From the human T2T-CHM13v2.0 reference genome, Homo sapiens: a DNA stretch of 64,000 bases. Positions 30,720 to 47,155 of this stretch are shown one piece after another; position 1 is the first letter of the stretch; every line of letters begins with the position of its first letter. The notes under the pieces were generated by a model. The model ran no database searches, was not told where the DNA came from, and saw only the letters and a list, made by a program, of their open reading frames with translations. Location of the stretch: NCBI RefSeq assembly GCF_009914755.1, contig NC_060930.1. One strand, written 5' to 3'. A program made the position numbers and the translations under genes.

Positions 30720-31700
30720 AATACAATGCCGCGCACAAAGAAGGGAGGCGGCGACCCAGTTCCAGCCTCCGGGGGTAGATCTGCGGCGCACGGTACCCAC
30801 TCAGTTATCTTCCGAAAGACCCACAAGCGGCTCCCGGAGTCTGAGCGGGGCTGTCAGCGCCGGATCGCTCCCAGCAGGCCGAGCAAACAAGCGACCGCGA
30901 GGCCAAGGAGCGTGACGACGGACTCCCGGATCCTAGTGTGTTGGACGCTCGAGACAAACACCGCAGGCCCCAGTGCATGAGGAGAAGCACAGCCTCCTTT
31001 CCCACGACCCCACTTTATCCCCGGAGGGACGTGGTGGTCCGAAGTTCGCTAGTCCGGGATCGGGAAGAGGTGGGGAAGACTCGCGCAGCGGCTCCCTCTC
31101 AGCCCTTGAGCTTCCCGGGCTCCAGGACAACCAGCGTCCTCCCTCCCTGGTCCCGGAGGCCAAAGACCACCTCCCTCCCTCCCTCCCGACCTCTGACCCC
31201 TGACCTTCCATCACCCAAGCGCCTACCCAAGCTGGTTCTCCGAGCCTCTTGAGTCTGTTTGCACCAGGCCTGCGCTCCTCTACAGACCCAGCAGATCACG
31301 GGCACGCATTCGCCACCCACCGAACATGGGCTTGAGGTGGGCACGAGCGCTTTTTGCCGGAACGTGTAGGGGTCCCCCGGGAGACCCAGAAACCACAGCG
31401 CCTAGCTGCCGGGCGCGCGCTGTAGCGTGGGGTCAAGGCGAACGCGCTCGTCAGAGCACCCCGCCCCCTTTCTCCTGCGCTGGCTTCATGAGTCTCTTCT
31501 GCGCAAGTTCACACTGTTAAAAACTTGCTGAGGATACAGTGGAGTCTCGCGATAGCTCTGCCCCACGCCATTAGAGAACACAGGATGGCCGAATGCCCGA
31601 AGTAGGGGGCGGGGCTCCCCTTGAAGCGAAGGGCGTGTGTGATTTGTATCTCTAATAAAAAGGCAGGGGCCAGGAGCGGTGGCTCACGCCTGTAATCCCA
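30720..31700. promoter_or_regulatory. CpG-island promoter of SHPRH
   Basis: Sharp rise in GC and CpG against AT-rich flanks; GC box GGGGGCGGGGC at ~31605; TCTCGCGATA at 31545; GCGCGCGC at ~31412; ETS-like CCGGAA at ~31357. Confidence 0.9.
30801..31200 (-). other. SHPRH: SHPRH non-coding exon 1 (5' UTR); donor inferred at 30801, 5' end uncertain
   Basis: Lies in the CpG island; best donor-like site TGA|gtgggt at 30801/30800; exon 2 has an acceptor upstream of its ATG, so an upstream exon is required. Confidence 0.6.
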
Positions 31701-31960
31701 CCACTTTGGGAGGCCGAGGCGGGCGGATTTCCTGAGGTCAGGAGTTGGAGAACAGCCTGGCCAAGATAGCGAAACCCCGTCTCTACTAAAAATACAAAAA
31801 TTAGCCGGGCGTTGTGGTGCGCGCCTGTAGTACCCGCCTGTAGTCCCAGCTGCTCGGGAGGCTGAAGCAGGAGAATGCTTGAACCTGCGAGGCAGAGATT
31901 GAGTAAGCCGACATCTCCCCACTGGGTGATAGAATGAGACTCCGTCTCACAAAAGAAAAG
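31668..31960 (+). mobile_element. AluS at the edge of the CpG island
   Basis: Alu consensus with many CpGs retained, small internal duplication, shortened right arm. Confidence 0.9.
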
Positions 31961-32439
31961 CAGAAAAGAATTCTGCAAAAGCATCTATTTTACTGCTATA
32001 AAGCAGCCACTAAGTAGGTACGAATAAAGCTTCTCCCCCTCAAAAACAGACTTTAAAGGGAAATGTGAATAAATATTCAAAGATGAGAGAAACTATTAAA
32101 TACATGTGTTGCGCTGAAGCTGGCCTTCCACTATTGGTCTTTTTTCCTCTCACCTCTTCCTCATAGAAGTGACCTTAATGTTGGAATAACTCTGAGAGGC
32201 TTCAGGGTCAGGAGCCTGTGAAATAACCCTCAGGAAACACTGGGGACTCAGTACTTAGTTAGTGAGTACCTAATAGCAGCTTTTCTGCTGTGGAGGCCTT
32301 TTGGGTTGTGTGACCACAGAAGCACTTGAACTAAGTTCTTGTCCAAGTGAATATCGGTTGTAGTTGTGTTAGACAGTCCAGGGTAGTCCATATTTTACTT
32401 AGTATATTCCTTTATCACAGATACGAAGCTGTTTCCATA

Positions 32440-34644
32440 AGCAAATCCCCGCCTCCTTTTATTTTGCTTCCCTTTATTGTACTTTGCAGATAATATGTTT
32501 TCCTATAAATTGAAGTTTTTTGGCAACCTTACTCAAGCAAGTCTGTCAGCATCATTTTTCAAGCAGCATGTGTTCACTTGCTGTTCATCTGTTATGGTGA
32601 TCTATGATTAGTTATCTTTGATGTTACTATTGTAGTTTTTTGGGAGCATTACAAACTCTGCTCATAGAAGATGCTAAACTTAATAAATGTTGTGTGTGTT
32701 CTGAAAGCTTCACTATTGGCGCCTGTCTCTCTTCCTCTCTTCAGGCCTCCCTATTCTTTGAGACACAACAATATTGAAATTAGGCCAATTAATAACCCTA
32801 CAATGGACTATTAAGTGTTCAAGTAAAAGGAAGGGTGGCACATCTCTCACTTTAAATCGAAAACCGAAGGAATTTAGTGAGGAAGCCATGTCAAAAGCTG
32901 AGATAAGCCAAAAGCTAGGCCTCTTGTACCAAAGTTAGCTAAGTTGTGAATGCAAAGGAAAAGTTCTAGAAGGGAATTAAAAGTGCTACTCCAATGAAAA
33001 CACAAATGATAAGAAAACGAAACAGCCTCATGCTGATATGGAAAAAGTTTTAGTGGCCTGAATAAAAGATAAAACCAGCCTCAGCATTCCCTTAAGCCAA
33101 AGCCTAATCCAGAGCAAGGCCCTAACTTTTTTCAGTTCTGTGAAGGCTGAGAGAGGTGATGAAGCTGTAGCAGAAAAATGTGAAGCAAGCAGAGGTTGGT
33201 TCATGAGATTTAAGAAAAGAAGCCATCTCCATAACATCAAAGTACAAGGTGAAGGAGCAAGTGCTGATGTAGAAGCTGTGGCAAGTTTTTCAGAAGATCT
33301 AGCTAAAATAATTGAAGCAGGTGGCCACACAAAACAACAGATTTTCCATGTAGATAAGACAGCTTTCTATAGAAAGAAAAGGCCATCTAGGACTTTCATA
33401 GCTTCAAAGCTTCACAGGACAGGTTGACTCTCTTGTTAGGGGCTAATGCAGCTAATGACTTGAATTTGAGGCCAATACTCATTTATCATTCTGAAACTCC
33501 TAGGGCCCTAAAGAGTTATGCTAAATCTATTCTGTCTGTACTCTATAAATGGAACAATGAAGTGTGGATGACAGCACATCTACTTAACAGCATAGATGTA
33601 CAGGATATTTTAAGCCCACTGTTCAGACCTACTGCTCAGAAAAAAAAAAGATTCCTTTCAAAATATTACTGCTCATTTATAATGCACCTGGTCACCCAAG
33701 AGCTCTGATGGAGATGTACAAGGAGATTAATGTTGTTTTCATGCCTGTTAACACAAAACCCATTCTGCAGCCCATGGATCAAGAGTAATTTTAACTTTGA
33801 CATCTTATTATTTAAGAAGTAATAAGGCTATGGATGACATAGATAGGAATTCTTCTGATAGATCTAGACAAAGTAAATTAAAAACTTCTGGAAAACATCC
33901 ACCATTCTGTATGTCATTAACAACATTTGAGATTGGTGGGAGAGGTCAAAATATCATTAATAGTAGTTTAGAAGAAGTTGATTCCATCTCTCAGGAACTC
34001 AAAGTCTCAGCTTTGAAGGGATTGAGACTTCAATGGAGGAAGTAACTGCAGATGTGGTGGAAACAGCAAGAGAGCTAGAATTAGAAGTGGGGTCTGAAGA
34101 TATGACAGAACTGCTGCAATCTCATAGTAAAACTTTAATGGATGAAGAGTTACTTCTTATAGATAAGCCAAGAAACTGGTTTCCTGAGATGGAATATACT
34201 CCTGGGAAGATACTGTGAACGTTGTTGAAATGACAGCAAAGATTTTAAAATATTTCATAAATTTAGTGGACAAAGCAGTCCAGAGTTTAAGGGGATTGAC
34301 TTGAGTTTTGAAAGAAGTTCTACTGTTGGTAAAATGCTATCAAAGAGCAGTTCATATCATGGAGGAATATTTTGTGAAATAAAGAGTCAATTGCTGCAGC
34401 CAACTTTTTTAAGCAATATTTTTTAAGCAAGATTTTTTTTAGCAATACAATATTTTTTAAGTTAAGGTAGATACTTTTTTTAGACATAATGCTATTGCAC
34501 ACTTAACACACTACATTGTAGTGTCAGTGTCACTTTTATATGCACTGGGAAACAAAAAAAATATCCTGTGACTTACTTTATTGCAATATTTGCCTTATTG
34601 TGGTAGCCTGGAACAAAACTTGTGATATCTCCAAGGTATGCCTA
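32440..34644 (+). mobile_element. Near full-length Tigger1 (pogo/Tc1-mariner) with decayed transposase
   Basis: ORF pieces 33140-33427 ([24 protein letters not shown]), 33424-33708 and 34033-34218 match Tigger1/TIGD1 transposase; 3' TIR gatatctccaaggtatgcct followed by TA. Confidence 0.92.
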
Positions 34645-37167
34645 TAGATGGAAATCAGTTACCTTATTCCAGGATTTATGAGGCAAGCTGGAAAAAGTAG
34701 TGCTAATGCTGGAACAGTGGGCAAGTAGGATCCTCCTTCCTTGGCAAACCAATCATTTTATCAAATACAAGGTGATGTAACCTTGCTTCTGAAAGTGTAA
34801 TTTGCAACTTGCTATTTAAACATATGATGTGCTGAGTAAGGTTATCTTTGATAGTTTTATGTCACTTCTCATCATTGGAGCAGATAATTAGGCCCAAAGT
34901 TTGGCTGAGTCTATCCAACTAGTGCTAGGCAGAAATATTTAAAAATAAGCACAGCATCATTTCACCTTTGTTCACCTTGATTGGGGTAATTTATATATGT
35001 AATCATGGTAATGTCCATGCAAGATATTAAACTTCAGATCCAGTTGTCTGTCGTATGGAGATGCAATTTCAACTGTAGAGATGGAATTCTGTATACTACC
35101 ATTCAGTGATTAGAATGAAACAAAATTCTTTTAAATTTTCCAGTGTTCAATCCTATATTTACCAAATGCTCTGCCTATTCTTTGAAAAATTTCTCTCTGG
35201 AATAATATTTTTCATCAGAGCTAATTTCAGAAAACATGGTTCATGATTGCACCTTGGCTCTCTGGCAGCTCCCAGCTGTGAGACACCTGTTCACCCCTGA
35301 GTACACTGAGTTCATCCACCTATTAGATGCTAGTGATCTAATGACATTCCGCAAATCAGAATGAACTGATTGGACATCGTGCATCTTGACAGTGAATAAC
35401 TCAGTGTTCACGGAGTTCATCTGCTCCTTCTTGAAACTATAACATGAGATCAGTCAGACCACTTTCTTCCTTGTATGGTCTCACTAGCTTTAGCTGTAGG
35501 TTCATTTTCTTTTAGGGACAGTGGCTTTATTCTAGCCATACCCCTAACTGGGGCATCTATTTTACAAATGAATATTCTAAGTTGTTCTCAAGGAGGAGGA
35601 CTAGTTGAGAGGGAGTAGAGGAGTTAAGACAAATTTAACTCCCTTTAGGGACAGAAACAAGATAAATGATGATTTATCAGTGAAGAACTTTATATTTTGC
35701 AAAGCCCTTTTATGTTTATTTTTTTATTTGATCCCTAGACTAGTAATAGGCTTTTAAAATTTCCATTTTACAGGAGAGCAATCTGAGACTCAGAAATTTG
35801 GTAATTTGCCACAATTTAGCTGTAAGAGAACAAGAGGACCTAAAACTCTTTATTCCTCTGTCTAGGCTATTGTCTCTTATTACTAAATCATGTTGTCTAT
35901 CAAATAAAAATATACAACTTAGTCCTCAAACTTACTAAGTAATCATGGGCAAACTGAAGGCAAGAGGTGTGTCATTACTTAATGACATAGGGCTTGTATA
36001 TCAACAATAAGGATCATTCAGTACAAACACTGTGTTCTCCTGAATAGATCATTAACAAAATGACTAGAGAAATTTATTCTGTATTCTACCTACCTTTGCC
36101 AGCTCTCTGGAAACAAAGTAGGTGGCCCACCCAGTATGATTGGGGATTCCCAAAGATGACTCCTTGTTGCCAATTCCTACTACCAACCTGTCTTGGGACT
36201 GCTTTCCCTTCTGACAAATTGAAAATATTAGGATCAAAGTCTCCGCTATTCTGGAATGAATTACAACGTCCAAAACCACTGGTAGAATGCATGTAGTACC
36301 AAAAAAAGAGTGGGAAGAAGAAACATGGTCTTGGAAAATTGGTGCTAGCAGGGGTCATCAGCTATGCTGAAAGGAGTGGTATCAGATCAACCAAACATAA
36401 AATGGTACCAAGGGTCGGACATGCTTTGCAGGAGCATGAGCAGGATATATCAGGGACAGGAGGTGTGCGAATTGAACCCAAATCCTCATATTTAGAACTT
36501 TACAGCTTTTCCCTAGACTAGACCTGGGTAGATTTAATTGTTAATTTTGTTTCATTTTTCCTTGATGATTTACAAGTTGGATTGGTTTCAAGCCCAAAGT
36601 TTGTTCGGTCTCCCCTGCTGCAAGCTCAGCCTGAAAACTAAAACCTCAAGCTGTGTTCCTTCTGCCTCTCATAACTTCTAAAGCAAAACTTGTAGTCTGT
36701 ACACAAAATGCTGCAATGGACATGAACCTATGACAGTGTTTGTTTTAGGTGTGAATAAAGCAACGATTTAAATTAGGTAAAAGCAAGAAGGTTGAAGGTG
36801 AATCTGCTGGTAAGGAAAGATAGGAGATTATATTCAGTGTTTAACAATGAAGATAGTATAATCTGTATCATAGGCTCTCCTTCCCACCATCCCAGAGCCT
36901 CCCCACCCTCCATACCCAACTGTTACATTTTCCCCTAAGGCATATTTTTTCAATTAATCTTGTCAGTATGGTGTTAGGCATTAAAGAATAGGAATATTGT
37001 CGACGACTCTGTCGATACTTATGACTCTGAGTAATATTTATTATGCAGTTTTGAGATCTACAAGTAAAATATTCTCTGAGTATTTCAAGGGTCACAATCG
37101 TGTCATTTTGAAGTACAAAAATAGTGGATAGCACTTTCAGAATGCATCTAAGACCTCAAGAAATCTT

Positions 37168-39674
<2,507 letters not shown>

Positions 39675-39955
39675 AGAAATCTTACTCATAATAATCTTAA
39701 CATAAAATGATGCTTGCCAGAAAATGAAGAACCTTTCCAAAGCTTCCGTCCACTAGCAGGGCAGCGCCATGCTCTGACTTCCACATTTGTGTGTTGTTTA
39801 GGTCACCTTGGGACAATGACAAAATTAGATCTGAATTCCATTTCCTTTAAGCCCTGTTAAATTTCTGAACTCCTCATTAGGCCTTTAAATAAATTTAAAT
39901 TCTTAAATATTTTTAAATACCACACAATAATAGTATATAATTACTAATTATGTTA

Positions 39956-40265
39956 TTTTGTCTGTTTGTTCATTTGTTTTTTAGGATGGGGTCTCACTCT
40001 GTCTCCCAGGCTGGAGTGCAGTGGCGCAATCTCAGGTCACAGCAACCTCCGCCCCCTGGTTTCAAGCGATTCTCTTGCCTCAGCCTCCTGAATAGCTGGG
40101 CTTGCAGGTGCGTACCACCACACCTGGCTAATTTTTATATCTTTTAGCAGAGACAGGGTTTTGCTATGTTGGCCAGGCTGGTCTCGAACTCCCAACCTCA
40201 AGTGATCTGCCTGCCTGGGCCTCCCAAAGTGCTGGGATTATAGGCGTGAGCCACTGCACCCGGCC
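39956..40265 (-). mobile_element. AluS
   Basis: Reverse Alu consensus; TSD taattatgtt. Confidence 0.9.
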
Positions 40266-41303
40266 TAATTATGTTCTTATGCCATAACACCCCCATGTTG
40301 ACTATGAGCTCCTGGGAGTTCATTTTTAAAAAATTAACCAAACCATCCAACCATCTCAGGTAACTCCAGTGAAACCAATACAGAGACAGATGTTTGGGAA
40401 CCACTTGAGCAGATAATCTCCAGCTTATGAACTAATTGATTCCTGGTTGGCTAAAAAACTGAGCTTATGTAAATCAAACCCTTATTTCTTGTAGCCACAG
40501 TGTTATAAACTGGGACTTCATTCCTGGAAATCTGTTTCATACCTTTAACATACCAAAAGTGTCATGAAAATAAATAGAAAAAAACCTCCACAAATACAGG
40601 TGTTAACAACCGTATCTTAAGTACATGAAACAAAACTCCTAATTGGAAAATATATCCTAAATAATGTTTTGAGAAAATTTTCAGCATTGATTAAAATGCC
40701 TGAAGTGTCTTAAAACATGATTTCAAAGAAGTTGGGACTGAAGATGCCTTTTTTGAAAAATAAATATTTCAGAAATGAGTATTTTTAGATATTCTTCATG
40801 TTCCCAAATACTATTGAATTACCTTAAAATTTGGAGACCTCTGAATTACTCAGCCTTTTGAGTAATTGTTATTTTAATGAAGTCTTCTCTAGCTATATAA
40901 TATGGTTCTCTATTTTTTGACAGTACTGATTTTTTGAAATGATATTTCTCTTGTCCAGAAGGAGAAGAATGTAGCCAAGAAGACAAATTAAAATGTAATT
41001 GTCCAATGGGTTCAAACAGAATGAATTGACAAGGAAAACAATTCACCAGTTGTGTTGTGCTGATGGGAATCACTTTTCTGGATGGGTCAGACAACGTAAA
41101 GCTTTCTAATTTTCCCAAATGATAATAAAGAGATTTGGGTGCCTCAATTATTTCCCTCCTTTCCTGTGGGGTACTGTAAATATAATAGTTGTGAGTTCAT
41201 GAAGTAAAGGTGAGTTGCAGAAGTACAGACCAAAGGAGTTTCCTTTGGATTCACATCATTTAGGGCTCTTTTTTTTCGCTTACAAATAGAAAAAGCATAC
41301 AGA

Positions 41304-41636
<333 letters not shown>

Positions 41637-42016
41637 TCAGACCCTTGTCCAAGACACTGAAATTTAATGGGGAAAATCATAAAGACAAATTTTATCACAG
41701 TGGTTATATATTCTGCAATACATGGGGTGAGTATTGAGTATTTCCTAGCCAAGGGCATAGTTCTCAAATTTCTAGTAGAATGAATCAGACTCTGCAGACA
41801 GGTTAAAAATCTTTGTCCCAACACTTACTAGCTGCATTTCTTTGGACAACTCATTTCTCTTTTTGAGTCACAATTTAAAAAGTATAATTGGAATAGAAAC
41901 ACCTTCTTTAAGCTTATTGTGTACTGTATGCACATTTGCTCATATACAAGGTGGAAATTTTTTTGCAATTTTCAGAGCTGAAGCTCAGGAAAGCAAGAAA
42001 GAAAACGTCTCATGGT

Positions 42017-42232
42017 CAGGGGTTTTCAACCTCAGTGTTACTGACATTTCGCATGAGATAATTTGTTATGATGGGCTCCCCTGTGCATTGCAGGATGTTT
42101 AGGATCATCCCTAGTCTCTACCCACTAAATGCCAGTAGCAACCCCCGACCACAGTCATGACCATCAAAAATGTCCCCAAACACTGCCAAACATCCTCTGG
42201 GGGATAAAATCGCCTCTGGTTGAGAATCACTG
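42017..42232 (-). mobile_element. MER20
   Basis: caggggttttcaacctcag...ggttgagaatcactg termini and typical interior. Confidence 0.8.
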
Positions 42233-43705
42233 AGCTAGATACTTGTATCTTTGAATCCTCAGTACCTACCAGATTACCTTGCAGACAGTAGGTGTTTAAT
42301 AAATGTTTGTGTTAATGTAAGTGTTCACAACTGGGTTTTATTGGTAGGTAAATATCACTGATATAGACTTTGAAACTTTCATCTTTGGATGGAATATTCA
42401 GATGCTTTAGCATCATGTCCACTCTTTAAATAAAATTTGTCTAAATTATACTTATCTTTTCTAAACACATCTTGATAAGTGAAATGAGCTTATTTACTCT
42501 TTTCGTATGCTTTTCTTGTATATTTCTTAATGTTTCATATTTACTCATTAAGTTATATGATAGATACTGTGATGATTTATTTTCTGTACCTCAGCCAATG
42601 CCAATAATAATCCATACAGTGCAACCAACTTTGATGTAATTTCACATGTATGACATGACTTCATTTAAAGATTTTCTTTTCATAAGTTACTATAATTATG
42701 TCAATTTAAAGTTTTTATAAAGCTAGCATCTTTTTAAAAAATCTTAGATTATTAAATTGATGGGTGGTTTTGATTAAATGAATTTTCATGTGGACAGAGA
42801 AAAAGGTATGATGATTTACTTAGGATTGAAAAATCCTTGGTACAATATAGAGGATTTGCATTTACTGTATTGGGAACCTTAAATATACTGTGTTATCCTG
42901 GATTCTGAAGGGACACATTGAAAAATTGTGTTTTAAATTACTAAAGCTAGAATGTGAAAATGTCAATAGACATTTAATATTGGTAACAATTAATATTATC
43001 TATTAACAATAGATAATTAACATTAATTAGTATTATCAATAGATAATATTAACCTAACTTCTTCTGTGGCAGTAAATTTTGTGGGATATGGAAAACTGTC
43101 TAAAGCTATTCTCTTTACAAGTAACTCTTTTAAGATTTTTATTTTTGCTTGATTCTATCTTGGAAGGTTACTAATAGTTTATTTTGGGGGGTTTATCTAA
43201 GGGAGGAGTAGAGTTCTTAGCACATAGGAGGCATGGAGTAAGTTTCATTGTTCTACTCTCTATTCTTTACTCTTCTCAGCCCCAATGTCTGCTTGATGAC
43301 CAAGTTCTGACCATGAACTTTCATTATCCTAGTTCATATTGCCTTAGTCCATATTCCCACTGGAGTACTGCAACAGATTAAAGGTCACCCTGCCTCAAGT
43401 CATGTGCCCCTCTACTCAATTCCTTTTCACATGTCAGTATTTTTTTTAAACATATCTGATTAAATTATTTCTTCTGCTTACTATTCAATAACTCCACATT
43501 TCCTTCAAGATAAAGTCTGAATTCGCTTGATCAGTAATGAGTTTTCTGACCTGGCTTCTACCTATCTGCCTTTCTTTATCCTTCATTATGTTCTTGAATT
43601 CTGTACTGAAACCATACTGGGTTACTTGAAGCTCCTCTAGCACTATTATCTCCTCTCCAGGTATGTATACATGCTTCTACTTCTGTCTATAATAATCCCA
43701 TCCAT

Positions 43706-44019
<314 letters not shown>

Positions 44020-44560
44020 TCACAACTTTTCACTCCTTTCAAACTCACTGGGCCTTGTTTCAGACTACCTTGCCTTGACTTTCCTAGTGTGAGTTACTGT
44101 GCTCCTTTTTTTGTTTTCTCAGTATATTATGGAGGTGCCTCTCATGACATTTTTGGCACTGTACCGTAATTGGCTATTTACTTGTTCGTCTCGTTTTTAG
44201 TAGACTGTAGGCTCCTTGAGGGCAAGGGATATGTCCTATTCATCACTGAATCCTCATTAACAGGGAGCCAACTCAGTCAGTAAATTTAAGTTCTTCTCTT
44301 CCTTCTGTTCCAGGTTAGGATCAGAGGACATATTTACTCTGAACATGATATGTTCAGCTTCATTTTCTGGATTCTGGAGGTTGATGTCAAGAATGGTAAA
44401 AATGATTCTGATTGCATTGAGTGACCTTATCCTGAGGGTGAGAGAACTGCCTGTTGGAGGGGCTAACCTGTTTGCATCTGTCAAAATTATACTGTCAGCC
44501 TAGCTGACTGCCCTGTGGAAAAGTATTTATCTTAATATAAAAAAAGTAGGCATCTCTTAG

Positions 44561-44927
44561 ATAGTACTGTCCAATAGAAATATAATGTGAGCTACATATG
44601 TATTTTAAATTTTCTAGTAGCCAGATTTAAAAAGTAAAAAGGAATAGGTGAAATTAATTTTATTAATAATTAATTTAATTAAGAAATTTTATTTAGCCCA
44701 TTATACTCAAAATATTATCATAATGTAATTGTTATAACTGTATTTTTATTGTAACATATAATCAATATAAAAGTTCTTAATGAGATATTTTATATTCTTG
44801 GTTTTTGTACTTGATCTTTGTAATATGGTTTCTATTTTATTCCTATAACACATCTCAGTTTAGACTAGCCACTTTCAAGCACTTAAGAGCCACATATGGC
44901 CAGTAGCTACCATATTGGACAGTGTAG
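44561..44927 (+). mobile_element. MER33 (hAT-Charlie)
   Basis: ctgtccaatagaaatataatgtgagc...gctaccatattggacagtg inverted termini. Confidence 0.8.
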
Positions 44928-45626
44928 CTTTAAAAGCTTAAGTAGAACATGTTAACATAGAATAGGACTGCAAACATTTCCAGGGTTTTCCTTCAGAATC
45001 CTTGATGCTGAACTGAGATGTCTGCCCCTTAATGAAGGAGAAAACTAATGAACAACAGGTCACAGGATTGAATAGTAAGAAGAGTGAGGAAATATACATG
45101 AATGGCATCACGGATCTGGTAGGTCTCAAGAAGCAAAATCCAATTAAGAGAAAGTCCTCTTAATCATGTTTGACTAAGGGCCAGATGGCCTGATGTAGCA
45201 CTTTCTAGACTGTGTGAGATGCCAACAAAGATTCCAGGGAAAAGGGTTCAGTGGCCAAATGTGTCTGACTAATAATAGGTTAAGTAGGTGGAGGTGTAGC
45301 AGGTTTTTTCCCTGAATGATTTGCAATAGTTTAAAAAATATATGTATAGTTAAAATTATACAAGTAGTCCATGAATGTATTCACTTAAAAAATTAAAATA
45401 CTATGAAGTCTCTCCTAGATGCTTAATCCTACTTCCTACTCAAAGTGTGTATCATCCCAAATTTTATTGCTGTATTGGAAAAGATCTTTCTAGATCTTTT
45501 TCTATATATTTATGAACACACATGTGCACTTAGAAATACTTATAGTGTTTTTTGTTGGATCATACCATAATAGTGCTCCTCTTTATTTTTTTCATTTAAC
45601 AATATATCTTGGATTTCCATATTAGA

Positions 45627-45656
45627 CACACACACACACACATGCACACACACACA
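45627..45656 (+). repeat. Interrupted (CA)n microsatellite
   Basis: acacacacacacacacatgcacacacacac. Confidence 0.9.
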
Positions 45657-46107
45657 TAGCAAGTCAGGGTTTCAGCATAAAATAGAATGGGATTGAAATG
45701 GTTCAAGAGACTTTAGTGAGGAGTCTACCATAGAAGAATTGGCAGGATCGAGGGAGCTAACATGAGAGAGTGAGCCACCCAGAGACTAGCAACAAGGGAA
45801 GCAGTTATTAGCCCTAACCTGAAGAGGGAAGAAGAAATAATATTACTTACAGAGAGAGCTGGCTGTCCAAAGGGAGCTGGAGTCTTAGAGGGTTGCAGCT
45901 GTGATCAGAAATGAAGTACCAAGCAGGGAGAGAACAGGTGAGAAATTGTCTGACCTGTCTTCCTATCTTCTACTGGTATCTCCTGTTGGCTGAATATCAT
46001 GGAAAGCCAGCTGTGATGCAGCTCAGGTGATGAGTTTATAGAAATCAATCTCTCAGGGAACAGTTTAGAGCAGAGAAAGGCAGAAAATGTCTCTTGGGAT
46101 CGATTAG

Positions 46108-46434
<327 letters not shown>

Positions 46435-47028
46435 TAGACAACTCTCATTACTGCCTTTCAAAGTTGCTATGCCGATTATTCTCCAGCCACCAGTATGTGA
46501 GAATACCTGTGTCCCCATAGAGCTGTGAATACTTGAGATCAAAGATTCCAGAGCTTTTCTTAGCTATTTGACCTTGGAACTCTTTTTTTTGTTCCTAAAA
46601 TGCTAGTAACATCTTATTGACAAAACATATATTGGGAAACATCCATCTACTAGATAGAATAGTCTTTGGAACCATCCACTTAACAGCTGTGTGACTTTGG
46701 TCAAGTTCCTTAGCTGCTCTGAACTTCAGTTTCTTGGAATTAATAATGTCTACTTTGCAGGGTTCTTGACAAGACTAAATGTACTTAGGACAGTATCTGA
46801 CCCATAGTAGAAAGAGAAAGTGGTAGCTAAAAATAGGGATTGTGGGAACAGAATGTATTTTACCAGGTTTTTAAGGATAAATTTCTTTTTCAATTCTTAA
46901 ACTTTTCTACCAAATTTCCCTGTGGTCAGAGAAAGGTCTGCTATGTCATAGGAGCCTCAAGATGTGGCCTTTGAAGCCATCTAGCACACTTGTGAAATGG
47001 GTTTTATCTTTTAAAAATCACATAAGTA

Positions 47029-47155
47029 GGCCGGGCACAGTGGCTCATGCCTGTAATCCTAGCACTTTGGGAGGCCAAGGCTGGCAGATTGCTTGATCCC
47101 CACAGTTTGAGACCAGCCTGGCAACATGGCGAAATCCCATCTCTATTAAAAAAAA
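47029..47155 (+). mobile_element. Alu left monomer (FLAM-like)
   Basis: Single arm ending in an A-tract. Confidence 0.8.

Noticed and set aside
30576-31520. Overlapping ORFs on both strands in the CpG island
   Set aside because: Expected in GC-rich, stop-poor DNA with no recognisable domain; only the ATG-initiated uORF was kept as a lead
33140-34218. Domesticated TIGD-like transposase gene
   Set aside because: Multiple frameshifts, stops and a small internal deletion near 33400
39748-39768. CTCF-like ccactagcagggcagcgcc next to the L1 5' junction
   Set aside because: Spacing is one base off the CCASYAGRKGGC core; cannot be supported without ChIP data
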